Positions 47,001 through 57,800 of a stretch of 64,000 bases of DNA are shown piece after piece. Both the position numbers and the translations under genes were made by a program. Location: contig OZ316899.1 in NCBI GenBank assembly GCA_973895155.1, positions 12,465,934-12,529,933 of the forward strand, written 5' to 3'. Position 1 is the stretch's first letter. Each line of letters opens with the position of its first letter. The notes under the pieces were generated by a model that was given only the letters and a program-made list of their open reading frames with translations, did not search any database and was not told the origin of the DNA. The stretch comes from Marsupella aquatica (taxonomy: Eukaryota; Plantae; Marchantiophyta).

Positions 47001-48221
47001 GTAAGCAGCCTTGTATCTCCGAATGCGTGACGCACTAAACTCTGGTTGATCTAGCATCCATGCATCCCGAAATCAATTTCTCAATCACCAATCCCGTCAC
47101 CCGTGGCAATGTCAATTCCCTGGCCCGAAACAGCCCCCGTAGCCCGATCACTTAAATTCTCTCAATTTCCCGTCACTACTCCGTGCGGCCGCCACTAATG
47201 CCTGGAAGAATGACGCCAGCAAGCCCCACTAATCCACCATGAAAGAGAGAGCTTCAAAAATAATTAGAATCTGGAGAGAGCTTCCGGCAAGAGAGAGAAG
47301 AACCCCGTTTTTGCTTTCGGCAATGAGAGGGTCGTGCAAAAGGAAGAGGGAAAGAAAAAGGAAGGAAAAAAAAAAAAAAATAGAACCGAAAAAACTCCTG
47401 GCGCCTTCGCCATGCGCCCCGGCCCATTTCTCGGGCCTTACCCTTGCGTCCTCCTGCGCGCGGCCCTATGCAGGGCGCGCGGCCATTCCTCCCGGCTCGC
47501 GGGAGGCCCTTCAACTCCCCCCCGCTCGCGTGATCCTCCCAGCTCGCGGGAGGCCCTTTAACTCCCCCCCGCTCGCGTGATCCTCCCAGCTCGCGGGAGG
47601 CCCTTTAACTCCCCCCCGCTCGCGTGATCCTCCCAGCTCGCGGGAGGCCCTTTAACTCCCCCCCGCTCGCGTGATCCTCCCAGCTCGCGGGAGGCCCTTT
47701 AACTCCCCCCCCCCCGCTCGCTTGCGCTCCTTCAGCTCGCGGAGCCTCATTAATTGCCCGGGCACGCAGCCCTATGGGCTCGCGAGGCAGCCCCTTCAGC
47801 TCGCGGAGCCCCATTAATCGCCCGGGCACGCAGCCCTATGGGCTCGCGAGGCAGCCCCTCTTTCTCTCGGACGGCCACTAATGGGACTCGCCCTCCTGAG
47901 GAGGGATTTATTTAAAAAAAAACCCCCCCCTCTCCTGACTTTGCAATGGGGGTCTCAACAATAGCTCTTGAAGCAAAACGGTAAGTCCTATGGGGCTGGT
48001 CCTGGCTAGTTTCAAGGTCCCAAAATATTTGCCCACTTAGGTCGCCGCAAATCTTAGAACTATTATGAGAGAAAGAATATAAAGTCACCTGGGGCATCAT
48101 CAACCTATAATGACGGAATTAACTAAAAATTAAAAAATGGCTTATTTACATTGACTATTAACAAGGTATCGGCCTTTGCAACCAGTTATGTGTGACTTCC
48201 CGTGACGGGGTACCCGTCACA
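44090..48221 (-). repeat. 5' LTR of B (4132 bp)
   Basis: Only three differences from the 3' LTR were seen by eye (35899/46648, 35496/46245, one extra C in a poly-C run). Confidence 0.97.
45201..47057 (-). CDS. LTR-B-encoded 618-aa accessory protein (5' LTR copy)
   Basis: Same protein as 34452-36308 except one P/R change. Confidence 0.9.
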   Translation of the reverse strand: MLDQPEFSASRIRRYKAAYRDYVETRITREREEREVMMSTGLAAGSSPVGRKIFRRIYPKTSTKVMEDCRNIFQATGLTEFMKVEITIPSGKSWDIEAGMEFRTEGIYFECLKRVVPHVELAKLLFLENQKFSFTPRNIRGELTLKMVATWVTNPTSTTAIPLSAVKDVEYKGFLAKVHQRVLGNVQSGVLNEEHFVVAMDIKNYPAHVYGWWCYGLKKLLAAEPGSVKPGGAVHLMGSFVLARAEGLIGSPGHEDTGSSLTTEIRSIATTVLGKLTEESLSAGGEDNREEENQEDDCTLEWLESLVGDPKQPLEYNIPDVYLAELRDFREGVHEGLKLVHALRESLKHATVKVETLEQSILSLKEVIKTKEQTIHEKVRHINAAHVEITNLKGALSTKAKEAEEVGALRQALAKEKQNSGEVMEWRNQVGALRSQVAAFETRAKRSEALSLGKRKSPGTPGSTLSPDVISQAIEMVVKEVSGKYGPLLDGAKKSQEKSKSLEKKLREVRKSLREAQVSTGMPPRSVTPGTPMATGQVLPLELRSGEEATLWKDTIGEGYIKAWQALAALRKRGSSSTKSTPSKKKKSTVALTPVSDEEEDHSRGTSPGTESEEEEED

Positions 48222-49355
48222 GTAAGATAGAAATCCTTCCCATATATCCTCGTGCAATTGGTCTCGGGTTCCCATGACCCCACGAATTCTAATAGGTCTG
48301 ACTCCGGTACCTCCGGCTTCAGCCATGGTAATCTTACAAAGGCCTCTAAGCCGGATCCGGCCATGAAGCCTTGGTACTTCTTGGTCTGCATGGCCGTAAA
48401 GCATGCATCCTCCTCCCGTGCAAAATGTAGTTGCACCTCCACCGGTAGGGTTGCCGCCCAGCCCTTCCAGGTGTCATCCCTGGTTGGAATGGCCTTGATG
48501 GGATCGACCTCCTCCTCTTCGGCTTCTCCCTGCCTCCTGCTCTGCTGCTCGGCTGGCTTCTTTGGTGCCGCCGACCTCGTTCTTTTTGCCGGGGTGGCTT
48601 CATCGTTGACGGCTCCCTTCCTCTTCATCTCTGCTGCCGTGGAGGTTTCTCCTAGCACCGTTGCCTGGGTCCACCTTTCCGTGCTTCCCTTTAATTCCCA
48701 GTGTATGTCGTTGCAGTTCTTGATGGCCTCTCGGATGCCAACGACGCTGTCTTTGCAAAACAGAAGATCGTCGAGTTGATTGGAAGTAGGCGTCCACAGG
48801 AACTCGTCCTTGATGAGTTCGCCTCCTAAGAAAGCCGTCTTCTGCAGCTCCCACAATCGAGCGAGCTCCTGCCGTTCTCGAGCTGCCCTTTCTGATTCCT
48901 CGTCCTCGTAAGTCTTGATGTACTCAGTTGCCCGTTCGAACAGGCATCCCCAGAAATGTGCCGCTTGATTGACGTTGCTCATACCCTCCTTAGGTCGATC
49001 GTCGGTATCTACTCTCTCCCCGAGTGCTTGCCTAAGCAGCTGACAGTAGTTGGCCTCCCGTAGTCGTCTGCCTAGTTCGTGCTCGCAAATGAGCCACCAT
49101 CTCCTGCAAGCGCTCCTTACCCCTCTCCTCTGCCGGTCCTTCTTCCCGTTGATCCTTCCTAGCCGCCGACGCTTAACGCGCCCTAACCCTAATCGGGTTT
49201 TCACCCTTAGCCTTACCTCCGGCCTCGGCCCGGGTTCCATGGTTGCCCCTAATTGTTTATATTTTCCTTGTTTTGTCCCTATACTAAGGTGTTCCTAGGG
49301 TGCCTTCCTGCTTTACCCACTTAACCGGCCGAGTGATTCCTGTCTAGGCATCACA
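48222..49355 (-). mobile_element. Family-C LTR, 5' 1.13 kb, with ORF open from 49240 up to the element-B junction
   Basis: Starts TGTGATGCCTAGACAGGAATCAC on the minus strand and is collinear with 7246 to about 8385. Confidence 0.9.
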
Positions 49356-50886
49356 AAGAGTCAGGAGAAGAGCAAGGGCTTGGAGAAGAAGCTCTGGGAG
49401 GTACAAAAATCGTTACGGGAGGCTCAGGTCAGTACGGGGATGCCACCCAGGTCTGTCACCCCCGGGACTCCCATGGCCACAGGGCAAGTTCTACCGTTGG
49501 AGTTGCGGTCCGGAGAAGAGGCTACCCTATGGAAGGACACCATTGGTGAGGGGTACGTCAAGGCGTGGCAGGCCTTGGCCACTTTGAGGAAGCAAGGGAG
49601 CGGCAGCACGAAGAGTACCCCGGTAAAGAAGAAGAAAAGTGAGGTGGCACTCACTCCCGTGAGTGATGAAGAGGAGGCCCACTCACGGGGCACAAGCCGG
49701 GGCACCGAGAGTAAAGAAGAGGAGGAGTAGATAGTCGTACGGATGTGGTTGTACGGCCTCTGGATTTCCAGTTTTTTTGTGAGGGGTCACTCACGGGCTT
49801 GTTGGAAAGAGCTCGCGGAGCTGATTCCAACAAGAGGCAACGCTCCTCAAACGGAGCCAGGATGAGCAAGTTATGGCCCAGCGAAATTGTGTTTTCGCGA
49901 TACGGAAACGACCATAACTCAGGCGTCCGATGTCCGTTGCCAGTGCGGCTGAGTGATTCGGGATCAGGAGGAGAAGGGCTATCCAAGGGTGAGCTCAAAA
50001 GTACAATTGATAGGGCACCTAGTTTCGGCCATTGTGGGGTGCCTTGCAATTTCAGGGTTCACGGAGTACAGTTGGGGCGCCGTCGAAGGCACCGTCGGCC
50101 CCTTGTTTAGGGTTTAGGGTTTTAGCAGCATGTGTGTGCCGCATGCCTTTTTAGTTTAGGGATTTCTTAGTGCAGGGTTTTAGCGGCGCCGCTAGGGTAG
50201 CCGCCATCGTTGTGACCCCATGAGGGGTGCTTTGGTGTGGTTTTTTGGTATTTAGGGGGAGAGCCCCGAAGTAGTTAGGGGGGAAACTTAGCGTAGTGCT
50301 TTGATGCTTTTGAGTAGATTTTGTGAGTAGCGCACCGATTAGGAGAAGTTCAAGTCAGAGTAGTGAGGTGGAGAACGTAGCACTTGTCCCCGGGAGGCAG
50401 GAGTTGGGTAGACGGCAGGAGGCCGGGTTGTCCTTGCATGTGTTACGGGAAACACCAAGAGATATGGATTTGGCTTGAGGTTCCAATATTTTGTGTGTCA
50501 CTTGTTGTTGCTTGTGTTGTTTGTTTTCCTCCCCTAGTGCATGTGGTCGGTTTCGTTGTGGAAACATTTTCCCTTGTCACTAGTGTTCAAACCTTATTGT
50601 AAACGTTTGTATGCTTGCCCATTGAGGGGGGGTGGTGACAACACTCACCCGGTGGGTATGAGTTGTAGATGGTAGGACCAGTCCCTTGGACTTGATCAAA
50701 AACGGAGAGACCAATCGGTAGACTTGATCAAAAAGTACACTTCCGGGAGCGGAATCAAACATACTCATCCTTAGGTGTGGAAATACTCCAAATAGCGTCC
50801 CTCCACGACCCCGTAATACGATACCAACGGTTTAAGTGAAGAAACGTACGGTTTGCACGTATTAATCGTTGGATAGGCAAGTGACA
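49356..50886 (+). mobile_element. Diverged family-B LTR (B'), 3' 1.5 kb
   Basis: Encodes the C-terminus of the 618-aa protein (49380-49730) and ends GGCAAGTGACA like LTR B. Confidence 0.92.
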
Positions 50887-51610
50887 CTTGGCCACTTGCA
50901 GGTCTTCCACCTCGGCTTCCTTCTCTTTAAGTCGTCGGATGACCTCGTCCTTCTTGCTTCTCTCCAAAGCCACCGCTTCTTCTAATCGGTGCTTTTCCAA
51001 CATCTCCCTCTGGAAAAAGGGTCCCTGCTCCAACTCCTCCCCAAAGATGCTAAGCGCCAGGTCCCCACACATCTCCCCGTACTCCATGGCTCTATCCTTA
51101 GCATAGGTGGAGTAACTAGAAGTCATCGGCATCAACCACTGCGGCCTCTGCTCCCAAGCCGTCTTGCGGATTTCTTCTACGGTGGCAAGAGGGTTGCTTC
51201 TTTTTTCGGCAAGCCGCCTGATGTCCTCCGGCCAATCTCCTCCTGGTAAATCCTTCTCCCTAGCCAGGGCTGCTCTCTCTTCCTCCCTAAGTTGCTCCTG
51301 AAATTCTTGTGCCGTTTGCTTTATGCTGTCAAAGCTCGGGGGAGCAACCTCTGGTGGGGGAGACTCGGGGTTACTCTGCTGGGTGGGGTCCCCTCAAACT
51401 ACTCTTGGAAGCATGGGGATAAATCGGCCACAGGTCCTTACTCCTGGAACATGATGATCCGACCCATAGCCGGAGTTATCATTGCTGTAGTCCTCCACCG
51501 CCTCCTCCACTACTTGGACTCCCGGCTCCTCTGCCTCTGATTTGGGGCTTGAGGCTCCCACGTACATTCGCACTCCCGGCTTGTGTTCTGGCCTCAATCT
51601 CTCCTTGGTT
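50887..51610 (-). mobile_element. Internal fragment of a family-C LTR with a small deletion
   Basis: YSTYAKDRAMEYGEMCGDLA and PEHKPGVRMYVGASSP match about 9000-9840. Confidence 0.9.
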
Positions 51611-52614
51611 GTAGAGTAGGGTTTAAGGAAATATGAATTACTTTCCTCTTAAACAACTAGAATTCGTTCCCGTTAAGAGCTTGTGAGACCTAAAAGATTG
51701 TATTAATATACTTTGAGATAGTTAAGCTAACTTATCTCAGATTTTAAGCCTTTACCAACATGCTTAGGTCAGATGGAAGGAGTTTTTAATACATCCTCAG
51801 GTATTGTGATGTTTGTATCATCAACAGTGCAATAATCAATTCTAAAACTATAATAAAACAACCAAAAGCCGGAGGCGTAAAGAGAGGATTAGGCGAGCCT
51901 TAAATGTCTCATCTCCTCTTGCCACTTAGCAATCTGTGACTAAGTTAGGCATGATTAAGAGTCAACAGAGAGTCTGACAAAATTAGGCTGATGCCTAAAG
52001 CTCATCTTTAAAGCCAACCATCTAAGAATTTGTAAAAGATGCATATAAGATAGCCCGTATTAACTTTCTGACCTATGTCAAGACAAAGGTGGTACTGATT
52101 ACTCCGAACTAACTTATTCTTCTATTCAATCCTTCAGATTGCTCTTTTAGGACTACGCAATTTGTGAGTTCTCGTATGGTGTTTCTTCCACTAATACTTA
52201 ATAAGCCATAAGTATTCCATAGTCAACATGAATCTTTAGACCTTTGCATGGACTCAGGCATGCATTTCCAGTCAGCCTAAAGGTTAACTATGACATTGCT
52301 AGTCACTTTCCATAGATTTTCTAGCAAGAATGGTCACACACTAATGTCCAAACACAAAGCATAGATCACCAAAATTATGAATCTATTACTTCTCTTCAAA
52401 GAAGGAGACTTTCAAAAGTGAAATGCAAGTCTGAGTAAAATGGTGGAAACTTTCCCTCTTATACTTAGGGACAAGTCTCCTCTAAACAAAAGTTGAAGAG
52501 GTATGCCCCTTCAATTCCTAACCTAAGTGTAAAAGTAAAAAGTAATGCTAAAGTCTGAAACTAGACTATGAGATAAAGTGCTCAGCAAAAATTCAAAGTC
52601 TAATTCTTCCTATA

Positions 52615-54201
52615 CTAAGTTTTATAGGGCTTCAAACACGAAACCGGATCAAAAACCGAGTGGGAAACCGGATGGAAAGCCGGTTCAACTTCCGGATGGA
52701 ATAACTTTTTACTCTTCAGGAGTTGAACATCAATGAAGTACTGCCTGAATAGTTGGGTCTGTACCAGGTCCTCTCCCTTGGTTTCTACTAAGGGTTCCAG
52801 GTGATCCATAGCTCTGGAAATGTTATCGAAGAGTAGTTGCTCCACTGTGGTCTTCTCCTTTGCCTTGTGCAGCAACTGTTCAAGATGATACTTCTTCTTC
52901 TCTTTCTCTAATGATTTCTCTAGCTGCTCAATCTTGACCTTGTTCTCATCTCCTTTCATCAGGTCCTCCACTTTCTTCACAAGGTCAGCAGGAGCCACAC
53001 CAGTCACATGGGAGAGCCTTGAGAGCACTGGTTCCATGATTCCCATCTTGGTCTTGATGGCCGAAAGATCCTTGAATAAACAAGAAAAATGGTGTAGGGT
53101 AGAGTGTGAAAGACCGGCTGAAGAGGTAGTAGCGCCACTCATCGGGTAGGAAACCGGGTCAGAAACCGGTTCAGAAGCCGGTTCAGTTTTGTCGAGTTTC
53201 CTCTTCTTGGTTGGCCCTACAAAGTCGATCTCTTCCGGCTCTGGGTCATCTTCAGACTCTGGTAAGCTCTGAATTTCTGGATCCAAGACTCCATATTTCA
53301 CATAGCTGCTCTTGGTGCCAAATGCACTCTTCTCATGTTTGAATAAGGTTTGGTCATGAGAGTATAGATGTACCAAGTAACAGGAGAGAGCAGTGGGGGC
53401 TCTGTTGGACAGGGCGGAGACCTGCTTCTCTAGAACACTTGAGAAGATAGTAGCCCATGATACCTCTATGGTTTTGAAGAAGGAAGCAATGATAGTACTT
53501 CCTACTTTAAGAATCACCCTCCTTGGTTTCTCTGGATAGATGAGGGGGACTAGGAATGCCATCACGTTCCTGAGGTCCTTGTGAGTACACTGGTTGATGG
53601 TCCATCCTTCTTTGGCATCCATCTTGCCACCAAAGTATTCCACTGTGAGATTCTCTCCTCTGGGGCAGAAGCCACTCCCTTTCACTGGTAGCTGAAAAGC
53701 TTCTCCAACGAATGCCTTGGTCCAAGCTTCTGGTCGAGCTCGTGCAGTCTTCTGAAATTCTGTGGGAGGAACTCCTGCCAGCACTTCCCTTACCATGTCT
53801 TCACTCAGAAATCCCCAAGTAAGATCCATCAAGGAGGCACAGCCCATTAGTGTAAGATCTTTTCGGAGCTGTTCCTTCTCAGCTGCATCAGTAGGAATGA
53901 GGGGTCTCAAGGGCTTCATGGTGATCTGAGCCTCCTTCCTCTTTGAACGTCGTACTTCAGGCTTTACTGGAGTCCCACTCTGAGTCTTGGAAGAAGGACT
54001 GCTCTTGGCACTCTTCATACTGCCTGGTAGTTGGAGTAGCAAACAGATTTGAACCGGTGAAGGCAGAAGGTATGAGCTAGAAGTGAATATAGCCTCTATA
54101 ATTACTCCGTCGCGTATATCAGCCAACCTTCTCCATCTCAGCACACTTTCAGCGAAAACAAACGTCCAGCAAGCGAGATATAGCAGAAACCGGTTCGCCA
54201 C
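52615..54201 (-). CDS. 3' internal extra ORF of E (probable start ATG 54018)
   Basis: Open frame; MGCASLMDLTW..MVREV..FQLP..KEGWTINQC..FLVPLIYPEKPRRV, then a coiled coil; homologous to 18046-19787. Confidence 0.85.
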   Translation of the reverse strand: MANRFLLYLACWTFVFAESVLRWRRLADIRDGVIIEAIFTSSSYLLPSPVQICLLLQLPGSMKSAKSSPSSKTQSGTPVKPEVRRSKRKEAQITMKPLRPLIPTDAAEKEQLRKDLTLMGCASLMDLTWGFLSEDMVREVLAGVPPTEFQKTARARPEAWTKAFVGEAFQLPVKGSGFCPRGENLTVEYFGGKMDAKEGWTINQCTHKDLRNVMAFLVPLIYPEKPRRVILKVGSTIIASFFKTIEVSWATIFSSVLEKQVSALSNRAPTALSCYLVHLYSHDQTLFKHEKSAFGTKSSYVKYGVLDPEIQSLPESEDDPEPEEIDFVGPTKKRKLDKTEPASEPVSDPVSYPMSGATTSSAGLSHSTLHHFSCLFKDLSAIKTKMGIMEPVLSRLSHVTGVAPADLVKKVEDLMKGDENKVKIEQLEKSLEKEKKKYHLEQLLHKAKEKTTVEQLLFDNISRAMDHLEPLVETKGEDLVQTQLFRQYFIDVQLLKSKKLFHPEVEPAFHPVSHSVFDPVSCLKPYKT

Positions 54202-54872
54202 CGGTTCAGTTCCGGTTCAGAAACCGGCTCAAGCCCCGGAAGTAGACAACTATCAAAACAGGGGGCCTTAGCGCCAATCTCCACATCCCCAGCCTTCCCT
54301 CCAAGCGTAGGAGTAGGCTGCCACCTCACACGAGTCTGTCAAGGATCTCTTATACCTTTCTCTCACAGAAACTAGAATGGTCCTATAATCCGGACCCAAG
54401 ATCCTCAACCGGAAGGGAAGAGCCTCCTTTCTCTACTGCTTCAACAAGCCTATTCACTCGGGAGCTCAAAACTTACTCTGTTCAGCTTTGAGAGGTGTGA
54501 GAAGAGCAAAACCGGTTCGTCCTTAAGAGGGATTCCGGCTCACTGTCAGGAGTCCAATGCTTATGGGTTTTCCCCAGGACGAAGAGCGTAGCCTTGGCTT
54601 CAAGAACCTGGTGTTAGATTTTCTTGATAGCGTCCGGAGACAATTTTACGGCTTCCGGTTCGTGGTCCGGTTTCCTTCTCTTTACCAAGAAATACTTTCT
54701 TCCGATTGAGCCTCTTTTCCTTCTCTTAATCTCTTGAATGGTTGTTAGACTTTCAATAATGGTTTGCTTAGCATTTAAGGTTCTTCTTTCCCGCTTCAAA
54801 GGCAAAAAAAATTTAATTTTTCCACTTTCTTTATTCCTTTCTTCTTAACCATGTTATCACATAACCCCCTCC

Positions 54873-57800
54873 TCAAACGGTGTCGCGCCCTCGCAAACCG
54901 GCTGAATAAGGAAGATGATATTTCTTGACTCGAGACCCATTGACTCGGGTAGGTAATTCCTCACCTTGTAAATCTTCCAAGATTAAGGATCCATTAGGGA
55001 AAATTTGCCGCACCTTATAAGGTCCAAGCCACCTTGTGTGTAATGTCCCAGGAAATATCATGTACCGGTTATCATATAATAACACATAATCATTTGCCTG
55101 TATTTCCACCTTCTTCAATTTTTTATCAAATCTTTGGCTCCTGATTCTCTGTTGCTTCTCTGTTTCAACCAAGGAGAAGTGTCGATCTTCCTTGAGCTTG
55201 TCCAAACTTTCCAATCTTAATATTTGACTTTGTTCAACATCGAGTCGTTGAGGATTGGCCACTCGGTCAGTGGGTACCTCGAATTCAATGGGTACTATAC
55301 TGTCCAAGCCATAGACTAAATAAAATGGAGTTCGACGCGTTGTAATCTTTTCTGCGGTGCGGTAGGCCCATAGAGCAGAGTGTAATTTCTGATCCCAATC
55401 TGACTTATGTGCAGAAACTACCTTAATTAAAATTCTCTCCATTAATCCATTAGCCTTCTCAGTTAAGCCATTTGCTTTGGGGTTATAGGGGGTAGTCTTT
55501 CTATGCTTAATGAGATACTTGTCAGTGATATGTGCGATCGTATTATTTAGAAAATGTAAGCCTCTGTCACTGACTAGTTCTAATGGGCACCCAAACCGTG
55601 TAATGATGTCTTCAAATAAGAATTTAGCAGCAGTGGCAGCATCATTTCGCTTGGTGGCTCGTGCTTCTACCCATTTAGTAGTGTAATCCGTAGCTAGGAT
55701 GATGTATCGATTACGAGTGTGAGCAGCTGCAGGTTGAATAGGCCCTATAAAATCAATTCCCCATTTTTCAAAAGGAGCTAAAGGTAAGATGGGAGTTAAA
55801 GGCCAATGAGAAGTAGAGGTGGGTTTACCCATGCGTTGGCACGGATCACATGACTTGATAAATTGATGTGTATCTTGATGCATGGTGGGCCACCAATATC
55901 CGGCATCCCGTATTTTCTTTACTGTAACATTGACTGCATAATGGCCTCCAACTTCTTCCATGTGCATGGCAGCAATAACCTTCCTAACTTCTCGTTCTTC
56001 CAAGCAACGCTTAAGTTTCTGATCCGGGGAAAGTTTATAGAGGATTCCTTGCTTCAAGGTATAAGGTCCAACCTTATGCAAGAAAACAGCACGTTGCTCG
56101 GGGTTGAGGTTAGGGGGAAACATTCCTTGAGTTAGCATTTGAACAATGTCTACATACCATGATTCTTCACCCTCGATGTGCCATAATGTCTCATCTGGAA
56201 AATCATCATTCAATGGCTCTCTAGATTCATCGCCTTCCAATCGTGAGAGGAAATCAGCGTTGTCATGATGCTTCCCAGGTCTTACCCGGACTTCAAAATC
56301 ATATTCTTGTAGAAGCAAAACCCAACGTGCAATCCTTCCTGAAAGATCTGCTTGGTTAACAAGGTACTTAAGTGAAGAGTGGTCAGTGTGGAAAATGGTT
56401 TTGTACCCCAACAAGTAGTGGCAAAATTTCTTGCATGAGAAGATTACTGACAAAGCTTCTTTCTCTGTCACCGTATAATTCTTCTCTGCTGCATTCATTT
56501 GTCGACTTGCAAAATAAATGGGGTGATCCTTCTGATCATCATCTTGCTGGCTTAGGACAGCTCCAATACAGAAAGCTGAAGCATCAATGTAAACGTGAAA
56601 TTCCTTTTCCCAATTTGGTGGAACTAAAACAGGAGCTCGGGTTAATCTGCCTTTGAGTTCTTCAAAGGCCTTCTGTCTCAAGGCTGTCCACTCATAATCA
56701 ACATCCTTTTTCAACAGTTGAGTAAGTGGCATGGCAAGGTTAGCGTAATGGCGAATAAATCGACGGTAGTATACTACGTAACCTAGAAATCCCCTCAACT
56801 CTCTTAGATTAGAAGGAGGTTGTAGTTTTAGGATAACTCTGACCTTCTCAGCATCAATCTCAATTCCCCGGCTAGATATGACATGCCCTAGCAAGATACC
56901 CTCTCGCATGCCAAAAAAGCATTTCTCGGGGTGTAGAGAGAGCTGTGATTCCCTACACTTTTGGAAAGTCAATCCGAGCTTTTCTAAATGGATTTCGTCT
57001 GAACTATAAACACAGAAATCATCAATAAAAATTTCTATAAATCTGTGGAGGTACTCTTGAAATATGATCATCATTATTCGTTGAAATGTTCCAGGGGCGT
57101 TGCATAACCCAAAAGGCATCACATTAAATGCATAAGTTCCCCAATCCGTCGTGAACGTTGTTTTATCCCGATCCTCCTCTCGTACTGAAACTTGGTTATA
57201 CCCTGAGTATCCATCAAGGAAACTATAAAGAGAATGAGCAGCTACTGCATCAAGCACAGTGTCAATGAATGGTAAGGGATAATGATCTTTCCTTGTTGCA
57301 GAATTCAATTTCCGATAATCTTGACACACACGAATCTTCACTTTGCCATCTGGTCCAGACTTCTTAGGCACAATAACAATGGGTGATACCCATTCGCTGC
57401 TAAGGACTGGAAAAATGAATCCAGCCTCCGTTAACTTGTCAATTTCCTCTTTTACCATCATGGAATACTTAGGGTTGAGCCGATATTGTCTTTGCCGGAT
57501 CGGAATTGATCCTTCAATGAGGTCAATTCAATGTTGCACAAGGTAAGGGGGAATTCCTTTGATGTCCTTGTGACTCCATGTGAATATATCTCGGTATTGC
57601 TTCAGCAAATCTATATATTTTTCCCTCAATTCTCCTTGAATATGTTTACTGATATTGAGGAATTTCCCTGGCTCAATCTCAATCTTCTGGCAGGATTTGG
57701 GATCAACTATCCTTTCAGTCATTCCCAAAGACTCCTTTTCCCAAGTGTTTAGGTTTGATGGGTCTTTTATACTTCCAATTTTACTACTAGGATCTCCCCT

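Larger units (their letters stand above)
33341..48221 (-). mobile_element. Young, coding-intact Ty3/gypsy non-chromovirus element B (14.9 kb)
   Basis: Near-identical 4.13-kb TG...CA LTRs, PBS, PPT and one uninterrupted gag-pol ORF. Flanks CACAA and GTAAG do not match, so no TSD. Confidence 0.97.
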
